Positions 1 through 8,498 of a stretch of 14,096 bases of DNA are shown here, in pieces; the first letter of the stretch is position 1, and each line of letters begins with the position of its first letter. Under the pieces are notes generated by a model. That model saw nothing but the letters and a program-made list of their open reading frames with translations. It did not search any database and had not been told where the DNA came from. The position numbers were made by a program, and so were the translations under genes. This stretch comes from a virus (lineage: Duplodnaviria > Heunggongvirae > Uroviricota > Caudoviricetes), in the IMG/VR virus record IMGVR_UViG_2563366951_000003; one strand, given 5' to 3'.

Positions 1-1236
1 CTACGATAACCGCGCATTCAACATGGCTATCTGTTCGTCGTTCATGTCATCAATCCACATACCGTAAATTTTATACACCATCTGCGCAGTTTCATGCCCC
101 ATTTGGCTGGCTATAAATGCCGGGTTCGCTCCTGCCGTCAACAGCCAGCAGGCAAAAGTATGCCGCGTATGGTACGGATTACGGCGGCGAATACCAGCAC
201 GTTTTACTGCTGCATTCCACCTTGCCCCCAAACTGCTTACCGAGTAATAAGGTTTTTGTTTTCCGTTACACACCCTGGGCATGAAAACAAAATGCAGTTT
301 TTGCTTTTCGGTTCTGCCGTACTCCCGATGATAAAAGGTGATTTCGCTTTTGCGATGATGCCCGGTCAGTTTGTATTGCTCCTTCAGTGCTTCAAGAGCA
401 GGCTGCAGTAGTGTTACTGTTCGGATCCCGGCATTTGTTTTTGGGGGACCGAACATATCAAGTATCGTCAGGTTTCTTCTGACATTCACTATTCCCTTTT
501 CGAGATCCACATCCTCCCACGCCAGAGCTGCCAGTTCCCCGTGACGAAGTCCTGAGTAAACGGCAAATTTCCACAAGTTCTGGCTCTGTCCTTTTTCACT
601 TTCCATTAATGCATTGAATTCTGTTTTAGATAACGGATCAGGCTTTATTCTGTTTCGCTGTAATTTTTTTACTCCTTCAAATGGTTTGGTTGATATAAAT
701 CCCGACTGATACGCAAAACGCAACAGCGAACAGAGCAGGGCGATATAGTTATCAACTGTGCGCACGGTTCTTCCTTTTTTGTTGGATCTTGGATTATCCA
801 GGTAAAGCGTTTCTCCATGCAGCAGTTCATTCCGGTAGTTTAAGATATCGCTATAACGAATATGTGATATCGGGGTACTTTCACAAATTATTATTCTGAG
901 TGTTTTTAATTGTGATTTCGTTTTCTTCATTGTGTTTGTTGTTAACTCTGTCTCTTTAATTTTTGTCCAGATATCACAAAGCTCTCCGAACGTTTTTATG
1001 ACTCTCGTTGTCACCATTTTTGCCCCAGTGCTGGACTGGGGAAAACGTCTTAAATACTCAAATTCACCGGAGTTTATTTCATGAACTATCAGCGCTCTTA
1101 AATTTCCGGCCTTTTTAATATTACTGTTTGTAATCTCCCAGCCTTTTAATGTTTCCCGACATCGTTTTCCTCGAAACATGAACCAGATGCGAATGTATCT
1201 ACCTCTAATCTCGACACCTGTTGGTAATTTAGACAT
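1..1236 (-). CDS. intR: Prophage integrase, tyrosine recombinase (411 aa)
   Basis: Full ORF with stop at 1-3. C-terminal catalytic signature of tyrosine recombinases (HTRHT ... MVYKIYG with the Tyr nucleophile). Sequence and length match my recollection of Rac IntR. Preceded by a small excisionase-like gene. Confidence 0.93.
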   Translation of the reverse strand: MSKLPTGVEIRGRYIRIWFMFRGKRCRETLKGWEITNSNIKKAGNLRALIVHEINSGEFEYLRRFPQSSTGAKMVTTRVIKTFGELCDIWTKIKETELTTNTMKKTKSQLKTLRIIICESTPISHIRYSDILNYRNELLHGETLYLDNPRSNKKGRTVRTVDNYIALLCSLLRFAYQSGFISTKPFEGVKKLQRNRIKPDPLSKTEFNALMESEKGQSQNLWKFAVYSGLRHGELAALAWEDVDLEKGIVNVRRNLTILDMFGPPKTNAGIRTVTLLQPALEALKEQYKLTGHHRKSEITFYHREYGRTEKQKLHFVFMPRVCNGKQKPYYSVSSLGARWNAAVKRAGIRRRNPYHTRHTFACWLLTAGANPAFIASQMGHETAQMVYKIYGMWIDDMNDEQIAMLNARLS

Positions 1237-1237
1237 A

Positions 1238-1453
1238 TCATGAGTCTTTGATAAACTGATTTATCTTTGGATAGTTGTACCAGATAATCCCTCGTTTGCT
1301 GTCTGGCTTACCTAAAGGAGATACTCGTTTGAAGTGGAAGCCCTCCACCCAACAGTTCTGGCGGTATGCTTCAATTTGTCTGGCCCCCAGACCAGTGCGA
1401 AGCATCAGGCCGTATTCAACCATCCACTCTTCATTAAAGATTACTTGTGCCAT
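1238..1453 (-). CDS. xisR: Excisionase-like small protein (71 aa from the SD-preceded ATG; the tracked ORF is 79 aa)
   Basis: Small ORF immediately upstream of int on the same strand, 1 nt from the int start. AGAGGTGA Shine-Dalgarno precedes the ATG at 1453. Matches remembered YdaQ/XisR. Confidence 0.8.
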   Translation of the reverse strand: MAQVIFNEEWMVEYGLMLRTGLGARQIEAYRQNCWVEGFHFKRVSPLGKPDSKRGIIWYNYPKINQFIKDS

Positions 1454-1531
1454 CGCATCACCTCTGGCAGGCGCCAATGTTAGACTGAAATTGACGCCCG
1501 ATGTTGATTATTAATAATCAGCTATGAAGTT

Positions 1532-1741
1532 TTAATTTGAATACAATGCAATTCTCGAGGACTGAAGTTTCTCGCAATTAAAATTTATCAATTTTACTTT
1601 CTGCTCTCTGGAAACGCCTGCTTCTTTTTTACCTGAGAGCATTTTTTCGCATTCTGATTTCGTTAGTTTAGATTTTGAATATCTTGTCCAGTTAGTAGGA
1701 GTGCCACCTTCCTTTTCAATAGTGGCGGTAATTTTATACAT
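1532..1741 (-). CDS. rcbA: RcbA/YdaC small protein (69 aa)
   Basis: ORF with GGAGG 6 nt upstream of the ATG at 1741. Translation MYKITATIEKEGG... matches remembered YdaC. Its start overlaps the ralR 3' end by 8 nt. Confidence 0.8.
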   Translation of the reverse strand: MYKITATIEKEGGTPTNWTRYSKSKLTKSECEKMLSGKKEAGVSREQKVKLINFNCEKLQSSRIALYSN

Positions 1742-1928
1742 GAACACCTCCATTATTATTTCCAGTGGTTCGTTTATTCCATCTTTCGAGTGCTTCTTTT
1801 TCACTTCCACCATAACCGGTTCGGGATTCGCATCCGTTACACTTCGCTCGGTAATATCCTGAAATGGCTTTCACCGTTACTGATGGACAACCACAAAATG
1901 GACATGGTTTAACATTGTCATATCTCAT
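1734..1928 (-). CDS. ralR: RalR/Lar restriction-alleviation protein and DNase toxin (64 aa)
   Basis: Translation MRYDNVKPCPFCGCPS...CNGCESRTG carries a Cys-rich C4 motif and matches remembered RalR. An in-frame ATG 4 codons upstream (1938-1940) is an alternative start. Confidence 0.8.
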   Translation of the reverse strand: MRYDNVKPCPFCGCPSVTVKAISGYYRAKCNGCESRTGYGGSEKEALERWNKRTTGNNNGGVHV

Positions 1929-1957
1929 AATTTTTCTCATAAAAAATATTTCAAGTT

Positions 1958-1976
1958 GGCGGTGCATTACACCGCC
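1958..1976 (-). terminator. GC-rich stem-loop (GGCGGTG-5 nt loop-CACCGCC) between recT and ralR, followed on the minus strand by a U-rich tract after about 11 nt
   Basis: Read directly: 7-bp perfect stem. The U-tract is not immediately adjacent, so this is at best a weak terminator or attenuator. Confidence 0.3.
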
Positions 1977-1984
1977 AGGCTGAA

Positions 1985-2794
1985 TTATTCCTCTGAATTA
2001 TCGATTACACTGTATTCCCCGGTTAATACAGAGGAATCTGCAGGATCGATTGTCAGTGGTTCCTTTTCATCCATTGATACTGCACGCTGGATCTCAATTG
2101 ATACGGGCAGATATTTGAACAGGCGACGAATAGCCGTTTTCTTTGCCATTTCTTCCCAGTGAGTTACCCACGGCCCGTTATTACCAGCTTTACTCAGGCT
2201 GCGCACCAGCTCAATCTGTTTGCGCGTCATAACTTCAAACTGAGTACCTCCGTCTTTCAGTCTTGCGACAGCATAGACGTGGGTAACCGGGGCATCTTCG
2301 TTTTCTCCCGGGCGGTGTATTAACTTTTCATCAAGGCCAAATTCGAAGCTAAACTCGTCACCTTCACGGACAACACGGGCTGACAGGCTGGCGATTTGAC
2401 CAGAACGGCGAGCCAGATCAATCATGCCGCGATAGCCAATGATTAGCTGAACGTTCTTTTTACCGCTCTTTTCGTTTTTATTACCAAAAGGCAGTAAATA
2501 TGCATGACCGAGGGCGCTACCTGGCTCAAGTCCGAGCTGTGAACACTGTACGATCGCACTGACAAAACTCATAGTGTCACAGTTTCCTAACGCCGGAACT
2601 TTACGAATTTCTGTGGTGGCGATACGGATCATACGTTCAGCCGTCATATGGCGTGGAAGAGCTGCTGCCAGTTGCTCTTTCATTGATGGCTGGTTAATAA
2701 AACTAATCACGTCGCTATTTTTAACTGCTGCTGGTGCACGGTTTCCCTGAGTTTTTTGCAGATCGGCTTTTGCGATTGGTGGTTGCTTAGTCAT
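1985..2794 (-). CDS. recT: RecT single-strand annealing protein (269 aa)
   Basis: Translation from [16 protein letters not shown]... matches remembered RecT. Start overlaps the recE stop by 8 nt. The tracked ORF extends 19 codons further upstream, but that overlap with recE is unlikely to be translated. Confidence 0.93.
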   Translation of the reverse strand: MTKQPPIAKADLQKTQGNRAPAAVKNSDVISFINQPSMKEQLAAALPRHMTAERMIRIATTEIRKVPALGNCDTMSFVSAIVQCSQLGLEPGSALGHAYLLPFGNKNEKSGKKNVQLIIGYRGMIDLARRSGQIASLSARVVREGDEFSFEFGLDEKLIHRPGENEDAPVTHVYAVARLKDGGTQFEVMTRKQIELVRSLSKAGNNGPWVTHWEEMAKKTAIRRLFKYLPVSIEIQRAVSMDEKEPLTIDPADSSVLTGEYSVIDNSEE

Positions 2795-5387
2795 TTGCAT
2801 ATTCCTTAGCCCAGCGGGGCAGTGATAATGTCTTAATAGCTGGCCATTCATCGGTATTCAGGCAGTCAGACAGGGTTCGCAGATTGCGGTGATATTCCTG
2901 TTGACCTGCCAGTTTTGCTTCTTCGCCCATCATGAAAATTTCAACCGGATAACGTCCGCATTCAATAGTTGTGCTGGCAACCAGAAAAACGAAAGTTGGC
3001 TGCACTCCAAACTGTGCTTCATAACCGTCACTGTAGAATGCATCCTGAACGTGATAGCGGTAGTCGTAATAAGCGGTTTTGAATCGTTGAATATCCGCCG
3101 TAGTTTTCACGTCCATGATCCAGTGAAATTCAGGGATAATTTTGTCCGGACGGCACCGACACAAAATTCCTGTTTCAGGATCTTCCCAGTAAATTGATGA
3201 TTCAGCGTGTCCGGCGCTTTCAACAAGCCATTGCCCCAGCGGCAAAGCCATAACGCTTTGATACATGAGTTCAATTTTCCGGCCTTCTTCCGCAGTGATA
3301 ACCGTTTTTCCTGTGCTTGCGCATTCCATCAGAAACGCTTTCTCTTCTTCTTTTCCGGCGTTTGTACGGCGGTTAAATTCAGGTGCTACGATAAAGCGGT
3401 TACTGAATTCTTCCGGTTCAAGTACCCGGCAGTGGAAAGCAGTTCCTAAATCGAGCGTTTTTGTCTTTGTGGTGTCCACGGGGGCATTTTTACGCCACAA
3501 ATATAGTGCCGGAGTATCAGCAATGTCATCGAGCTGAGACTTACTGATACCGGGACCCGCGTGGTAATTCTCATTCGAAATTCCGTAATAAATACCTGGC
3601 TCTATGTCTTCTACGATTACGGGATCTGCGACTTCGCCAGTTTCATCACTGCAATCGCGATGCGGATCGCTGCCAGCATTCTCATTGTGCGGATGTTCAG
3701 CGCCTTCCATTTCCTCCGGATCATTTTCCTTAGCTTCAACCTGACTCTCTTCATCGAATGTTTCCTGGTATGTTGCGTCGCCCATCACCGCACCACAGTC
3801 AGGGCAGTTATCCCCGCCAGTCTGGCCGCAGGCATTGCAGGCTATTTCCGGTTCCTGTTGCACTACTGGCTCAGGTTGATTCATATCTGGGCTGGTTTTT
3901 TCCGTTTCTGGCTGGTTCTGGTACACACAATCGCGAGTCTGGATCCCCTTTACCCATTTCGGATCGTTCGGGTCGCTAATTCCGTCAACAAATTCACCAC
4001 GTGATGCAGCAAGCAATTTATCGTCATCGACAGGATTTTTTGATGGAATGTTTTTCCGGGCTTCATGGAGTTCTGCCCGCAGTTCCTGATATTTCGCATC
4101 AACAGAATTTACCTGTGACTGAGCATCCAGCGGCTGCGTGTCCTGATGATGTTCAGTTGCGTCCGGTTCCATTGTTTCAGCCTCTCCCTGTTCAACTGCC
4201 GTTGTTCCAGATGGTTGCGGTTTTTCTTCATCATCCTGTTTTCCTTCTTCTGTTACTCGCTGCGGCATCGGGGCAGAGGAGCGACCGCAGGCAATATCCA
4301 CGATTTCCGGATCAGGGTTGGCATGATCGGTTTCAGTCAGTACTTTGTTCAGATATTCAGTGACGTGCGCGGGGATGACCTCGATCCCAATTGGTGCTTC
4401 TTTTACGGACGCAACCACGATGGCGCGGGAATAATCCAGCCCGCCAGGCATGGTGATGAATTTGTCGCGGAAAACAGAAAAGGGCGGTTTATTTTCAGCG
4501 ATAATTTCCTCAATGCGTTTAGCGTGTGCCGGATGAAGGTTATAGATGTCCAGATCCATTGAACGGGCCAGTACGCCAGTGGCTACGTCGCGCGCCAGTG
4601 ACGTCAGATCGTGTACGAAACCTTCGCCGCGATCGGTGAGGTTTCCGCCGCCAGCATTAGCACCGGAAGCCGTGCGAGTGATGTGTGAAACACGATTACC
4701 CTTCATCCACTCTTTTGTCAGCAGTCCTCGATCGGTGTAGTCAGCGTTCAGGTATGCTTCGAAAAAAGCAGTTATCAGTCCCAGGTTTGAATTACCAGGA
4801 TTAGGGAAAACTTTGTCAGTGTCACGAACCAGTTTGTGGAGTTCGCGAATTTCCAGCGGGTCGAGCAGGCTGGTTTTGTGGGAAACAGCCAGGGCAGTAA
4901 CAGCCGGTAGTTCTTCAGCCCGAGCAATGTGTAATGCCTGGAGTCCGTCGCGTGAAACGTGCGTTACCGGTTTTTCGCTGCCGTGTTGAGCAAGCCAACG
5001 AATGGGCAGTTCCTGGCCAGAAATTGGGAGTAGCATATTCTCCTCAATCTCAGTCATGTCTTCGCCGTTGACGTTGGTATTGCCTTGATAGTGAGCGTTG
5101 TCTGGTGCTGCTCCCGGTTTTAGTTCCCATGTCATGGAGTCTTTGCTGAGTTGATAGCGTTCACTCCAGGTAAAATCGATCTCACCTTCAGCGGGCAGGT
5201 CATTAACGACAGGAAAATTCGTGGCAACAGCTTTAAAATAGCTGCTCAGTTTTTTACCTGACTTAACGATCAGGTAGTCCAGAGTGGCACAGGTCGATTC
5301 AAAATCGTTGCTTGCCCACAGGACGACGTCAGGTTCACTGGATGATTTTTTCGCTTTCCGTAACAGGAAGAGTGGTTTTGTGCTCAT
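2787..5387 (-). CDS. recE: RecE exonuclease VIII (866 aa)
   Basis: 866-aa ORF, the same length as K-12 RecE. The N-terminal two-thirds is acidic and low-complexity with a CxxC-x7-CxxC motif; the C-terminal third corresponds to the nuclease domain. Directly followed by recT. Confidence 0.93.
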   Translation of the reverse strand: MSTKPLFLLRKAKKSSSEPDVVLWASNDFESTCATLDYLIVKSGKKLSSYFKAVATNFPVVNDLPAEGEIDFTWSERYQLSKDSMTWELKPGAAPDNAHYQGNTNVNGEDMTEIEENMLLPISGQELPIRWLAQHGSEKPVTHVSRDGLQALHIARAEELPAVTALAVSHKTSLLDPLEIRELHKLVRDTDKVFPNPGNSNLGLITAFFEAYLNADYTDRGLLTKEWMKGNRVSHITRTASGANAGGGNLTDRGEGFVHDLTSLARDVATGVLARSMDLDIYNLHPAHAKRIEEIIAENKPPFSVFRDKFITMPGGLDYSRAIVVASVKEAPIGIEVIPAHVTEYLNKVLTETDHANPDPEIVDIACGRSSAPMPQRVTEEGKQDDEEKPQPSGTTAVEQGEAETMEPDATEHHQDTQPLDAQSQVNSVDAKYQELRAELHEARKNIPSKNPVDDDKLLAASRGEFVDGISDPNDPKWVKGIQTRDCVYQNQPETEKTSPDMNQPEPVVQQEPEIACNACGQTGGDNCPDCGAVMGDATYQETFDEESQVEAKENDPEEMEGAEHPHNENAGSDPHRDCSDETGEVADPVIVEDIEPGIYYGISNENYHAGPGISKSQLDDIADTPALYLWRKNAPVDTTKTKTLDLGTAFHCRVLEPEEFSNRFIVAPEFNRRTNAGKEEEKAFLMECASTGKTVITAEEGRKIELMYQSVMALPLGQWLVESAGHAESSIYWEDPETGILCRCRPDKIIPEFHWIMDVKTTADIQRFKTAYYDYRYHVQDAFYSDGYEAQFGVQPTFVFLVASTTIECGRYPVEIFMMGEEAKLAGQQEYHRNLRTLSDCLNTDEWPAIKTLSLPRWAKEYAND

Positions 5388-5458
5388 TGTTTTTTAACCT
5401 CAACTCAGATTAAAATTCGTTTTGTTCAGTGAATGATCTTGCCGGATACACACTGTTC

Positions 5459-5483
5459 ATAGCCTGCGCCATACGCAGGCTAT
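5459..5483. other. Perfect 10-bp inverted repeat (ATAGCCTGCG-5 nt-CGCAGGCTAT) in the racC-recE intercistronic region
   Basis: Read directly. On the plus strand it is followed by TTTCTTTC, so it is terminator-like in the antisense orientation relative to recE. It sits 6 nt downstream of the racC stop. Confidence 0.4.
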
Positions 5484-5488
5484 TTCTT

Positions 5489-5764
5489 TCAGATTTCACC
5501 TTTTAATTTCATTGCAATTAGAGTTGCCAGAAATTCGGCTTTTTTTTCTGCGGGCAGATTCTTTCCGATATGCACCAGGCACATTTTTTTGACACCTTCA
5601 TCAAGTGTTTTTACGTTGCCTGATGGACCATCGATATCAACCACAGTGAATGGGGTTTCTTTATTTTCTGTTTTAATTACGTAGCCAATGCGCTTTCCTT
5701 CCAGATTCACCTCGTGAACAATGTCATCGGTAGTTACAACAGTGGCTTCATAATTGGTAATCAT
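5489..5764 (-). CDS. racC: RacC small protein of unknown function (91 aa)
   Basis: ATG at 5764 is preceded by AAGGAG. Translation MITNYEATVVTTDD... matches remembered RacC. The tracked ORF has a 16-codon upstream extension. Confidence 0.8.
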   Translation of the reverse strand: MITNYEATVVTTDDIVHEVNLEGKRIGYVIKTENKETPFTVVDIDGPSGNVKTLDEGVKKMCLVHIGKNLPAEKKAEFLATLIAMKLKGEI

Positions 5765-5838
5765 GTTTTTCTCCTTAATTAAGGTTGAGCGAATACCTGC
5801 CATTTCTGGCATAAATTCAGTTTCGAATAGTCAATTAA

Positions 5839-6009
5839 TTAAAGTTCATGTGCCATCTGGTCTTTTTCGGCACAAGCTTCACTGCAATATTTTCTCGGTT
5901 CGTCTTTTGATAAAATCCCGTGCATGAAGTGAAGCATTCTTTCAATAGCTTTGCTTTCTTCAACGTCTTTTTTGCAAAGGTGGTAAGCACATTTTATTTT
6001 CTTAGTCAT
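5839..6009 (-). CDS. ydaE: YdaE small Cys-rich protein (56 aa), putative zinc-binding
   Basis: Not in the ORF track (under 60 aa); translated by hand as [56 protein letters not shown]. Has Cx4C ... Cx3C. Its start ATG overlaps the kilR stop by 1 nt (TGATG). Confidence 0.75.
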   Translation of the reverse strand: MTKKIKCAYHLCKKDVEESKAIERMLHFMHGILSKDEPRKYCSEACAEKDQMAHEL

Positions 6010-6230
6010 CACCATGACTCCGCCTTTACAGGTAAACCATCACGACCGAGGAAGACTTTAATCATGCGGTCAGTAATGCATGTTTTTGTGGTCAGGTTAC
6101 GAATATATAGTTTTCGCTTTTTAATATTGTTTGCCGAGGCAATATATGTCCGGCCTTCATGAAGAACATAATCGCCAGGAGTCACACACTGACGTGGTAT
6201 TTCATCAGTTCCGAAGTGATGTGCAATCAT
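6009..6230 (-). CDS. kilR: KilR cell-division (FtsZ) inhibitor (73 aa)
   Basis: ATG at 6230 is preceded by GGAGA. Translation [15 protein letters not shown]... matches remembered KilR. First gene of the leftward early cluster. Confidence 0.85.
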   Translation of the reverse strand: MIAHHFGTDEIPRQCVTPGDYVLHEGRTYIASANNIKKRKLYIRNLTTKTCITDRMIKVFLGRDGLPVKAESW

Positions 6231-6671
6231 AATTATCTCCATTTTTACAAATGAACTTTGTTGATGCGGTGCCTGGTGCCTCCAGGTGACTGCAACCAGT
6301 TAACAATTACAGTCGGCTTTCCCACCCAAACCAATAAGGACTAACATGACTTTTAACTGTGCCACGTGCGCTTAGCCGCATTCACCGCATCACAAAATTC
6401 ACTTTAAAAAGGGCGGACATCAGCCGAACTTCAAGAAAAAAACTGATGCCGCCAGGACTACACACAGCAATGTCGTTATTTACAACCGGAGGCGCACTCC
6501 CACCATTTAAATTTAACAGACAAGACCGACTCTTTATGGATATCGGAAATGCGCCTTCGTGTTGTGCCCGGTTTTATTTCACCACCTCCGGGCTTCGGTG
6601 GTCTCGGCTATACCCCTACAGCGAGAGCTTGTGTTAACATTTCAATACCCTTACAGTTGAGAGTTATTGAT

Positions 6672-7160
6672 ATGTTGGATGTATTTACTCCATTGTTGAA
6701 ACTTTTTGCTAACGAGCCACTCGAAAGACTTATGTATACGATTATCATTTTTGGTCTCACTCTCTGGCTGATACCGAAAGAGTTTACTGTCGCATTCAAT
6801 GCTTATACTGAAATACCTTGGCTCTTTCAGATTATCGTTTTTGCCTTTTCTTTCGTGGTCGCCATTTCCTTCTCAAGATTGCGAGCACATATTCAAAAGC
6901 ATTATTCATTACTACCAGAGCAACGAGTATTGCTTCGTTTATCTGAGAAAGAAATCGCTGTATTTAAAGATTTCCTTAAAACAGGAAATCTTATTATCAC
7001 TTCTCCTTGCCGTAACCCGGTTATGAAAAAATTAGAACGGAAGGGCATCATTCAACATCAGAGTGATAGCGCAAACTGTTCTTATTATCTCGTCACCGAA
7101 AAATACTCCCATTTTATGAAGTTATTCTGGAACAGCAGGAGTAGACGTTTTAATCGTTAG
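6672..7160 (+). CDS. sieB: SieB superinfection-exclusion membrane protein (162 aa)
   Basis: Translation from MLDVFTPLLKLFANEPLERLMYTIIIFGLTLWLI... has two hydrophobic helices and matches remembered SieB. The tracked 203-aa ORF has a 41-codon N-terminal extension without support. Confidence 0.85.
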   Translation: MLDVFTPLLKLFANEPLERLMYTIIIFGLTLWLIPKEFTVAFNAYTEIPWLFQIIVFAFSFVVAISFSRLRAHIQKHYSLLPEQRVLLRLSEKEIAVFKDFLKTGNLIITSPCRNPVMKKLERKGIIQHQSDSANCSYYLVTEKYSHFMKLFWNSRSRRFNR

Positions 7161-7321
7161 CTTACTGTGTGCTTCTCCAACCATCGGCGCGCACCAGTTT
7201 CGGTTTTAAATGTTTTGCTTTTGGTATACGTCATGGCAGTGAACGTTCCATCCTGGTTGGGGAACACGCCGCACACCAGGGATTCGTTGTTGCCGAGGTC
7301 GATTTTTTGCATTTTGCGAAT

Positions 7322-7456
7322 CTCACATCTTGTTGCTACGTATAGCGACTTCTGCCTGCCAGAGATCCCAGTCGTTGCTGCGTAAAGCCTGCACAGCCTG
7401 GTTGTAAGTGATACCGCAACAATCCATCAAATACTGAACTACTTCGTAATGCACCA
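7322..7456 (-). CDS. ydaG: YdaG small protein (44 aa), function unknown
   Basis: Not in the ORF track; translated by hand as MVHYEVVQYLMDCCGITYNQAVQALRSNDWDLWQAEVAIRSNKM. Matches remembered Rac YdaG. Confidence 0.65.
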
Positions 7457-7489
7457 TCTTATCTCTCCCCTTAACGCCGGGTGGCGGAA

Positions 7490-7645
7490 CTAACTGCTGC
7501 ACTGCAAAATTTGAATCCCGCCGTCATGTTCATACGCCTCGGGCTGGCTACTTAACCCCTTACCACTGCCTGGTAACTCGAAGTATTGCCCTGCGTTCTG
7601 TGGGGCGGGGTGGGTTGGTAGGTATATAATGTACTTTGTGTTCAT
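7490..7645 (-). CDS. ydaF: YdaF small protein (51 aa), function unknown
   Basis: Translation MNTKYIIYLPTHPAPQNAGQYFELPGSGKG... matches remembered YdaF. An adjacent in-frame ATG (7646-7648) is an alternative start. Confidence 0.65.
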   Translation of the reverse strand: MNTKYIIYLPTHPAPQNAGQYFELPGSGKGLSSQPEAYEHDGGIQILQCSS

Positions 7646-7672
7646 CATTGTAAAGTACTTTAAGTACATTTT
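7624..7672. promoter_or_regulatory. Candidate left operator/promoter region between racR and ydaF
   Basis: Contains TATATAAT, the heptamer ATGTACT at 7629-7635 (plus) and 7663-7669 (minus), the perfect palindrome TAAAGTACTTTA at 7651-7662, and TACATTTTATGTA. The same heptamer recurs in the racR/ydaS intergenic region. Confidence 0.45.
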
Positions 7673-7744
7673 ATGTATAAAAAAATGAGACGGGATAAAG
7701 TGAAGCACAAACCCGGAGGGGGACGCTACCGGATTTATGCTGAT

Positions 7745-8164
7745 TTAAGAGGCTTTTTGTTTTTTCTTTCGTGCTAACTCTTCGTAAATTGCATTGTACT
7801 TCTGTTTTTTCTCCTCAAGAGTTTTTAAAAGTTCATCTGTCTCACTGTCAGGGAGCTCGTCCAGAAGGTCAATGATGATTTTTTGTCTTGGATTTAACTC
7901 CTGATAGAAACGTATCTGTCCACTTTCTTCTGTATCCTCTCCCAAAAGATAGGTTGGTGTTGTTCCAATGAGTGTTGCTAATTCCCTTAATTTCTCTCGG
8001 CGAGGAATTGTTTCACCATTAAACCATTTGCTAACCGCTTTTGGTGTTAATTTCATTCGACGGGCAATTTCTGCCTGCCTTCCATGTTGTTCATAACCAG
8101 CGTTTTCACAGGCTAGCGCAAGCCTACTGGCGAACTCTTTACGCGCTTTATCTTCATGAACCAT
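7745..8164 (-). CDS. racR: RacR, cI-like HTH (XRE-family) prophage repressor (139 aa from the first ATG)
   Basis: Helix-turn-helix segment QAEIARRMKLTPKAVSKWFNGETIP. Divergent from ydaS-ydaT. An in-frame stop lies 19 codons upstream of the ATG, so the protein cannot be much longer in this sequence. Confidence 0.85.
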   Translation of the reverse strand: MVHEDKARKEFASRLALACENAGYEQHGRQAEIARRMKLTPKAVSKWFNGETIPRREKLRELATLIGTTPTYLLGEDTEESGQIRFYQELNPRQKIIIDLLDELPDSETDELLKTLEEKKQKYNAIYEELARKKKQKAS

Positions 8165-8243
8165 AAGTTCAATGATATTCGCTCTTGAATGTACTGTCAG
8201 TTCTGTTATGGCATGTACTCAAAGTTCACATTGTGAGGATGAT
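8165..8243. promoter_or_regulatory. Divergent racR / ydaS promoter-operator region (OR-like)
   Basis: 79-bp gap between the divergent starts. ATGTACT direct repeats at 8189-8195 and 8213-8219, plus the small palindrome ACTGTCAGT. Position equals lambda OR between cI and cro. Confidence 0.5.
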
Positions 8244-8498
8244 ATGAACCAGAAAACACTTGAAGATGTAATCAAAACTGTTCGCGTTTCTGTTGTGGCC
8301 GACGTTTGTGGTGTCAGCCAAAGAGCAATCTACAAATGGATGGATAACGGAAAATTGCCTCGCACAGAATATACCGGCGAAACAAATTACGCTGAAAAAA
8401 TCGCTCATGCATCAAACGGATTATTTTCTGCCGATGCAATTTTAACTATTGGCAGAAATAAAACTACTACGAAAAAGCTGATGGGAGTTGATTCATGA
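8244..8498 (+). CDS. ydaS: YdaS, Cro-like HTH protein (84 aa from the SD-preceded ATG)
   Basis: HTH segment VADVCGVSQRAIYKWMDNGKLP. GAGGA precedes the ATG at 8244. In-frame ATGs at 8208 and 8172 are alternative starts but lack an SD. Stop overlaps the ydaT start (ATGA). Confidence 0.8.
   Translation: MNQKTLEDVIKTVRVSVVADVCGVSQRAIYKWMDNGKLPRTEYTGETNYAEKIAHASNGLFSADAILTIGRNKTTTKKLMGVDS

Noticed and set aside
94-411. 105-aa plus-strand ORF inside intR
   Set aside because: Antisense to the integrase gene, with no ribosome-binding site and no recognisable motifs.
3207-4740. Several plus-strand ORFs of 64-147 aa antisense to recE
   Set aside because: They lie entirely inside the well-supported recE reading frame on the opposite strand, lack ribosome-binding sites, and have odd, Cys/Phe/Arg-rich low-complexity translations typical of antisense frames.
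6359-6637. 92-aa ORF starting at GTG in the kilR-sieB intergenic region
   Set aside because: No Shine-Dalgarno, and a low-complexity translation; the region looks regulatory rather than coding. It is also the source of the 41-codon N-terminal extension of the tracked sieB ORF (6549-7160), which I rejected in favour of the ATG at 6672.
7161-7321. Bidirectional intrinsic terminator between convergent sieB and ydaG
   Set aside because: The region is T-rich, but I could not find a convincing GC-rich stem immediately followed by a U-tract, so no terminator is called.
7167-7385. 72-aa plus-strand ORF between sieB and ydaG
   Set aside because: Overlaps ydaG on the opposite strand and has no ribosome-binding site; most likely spurious.
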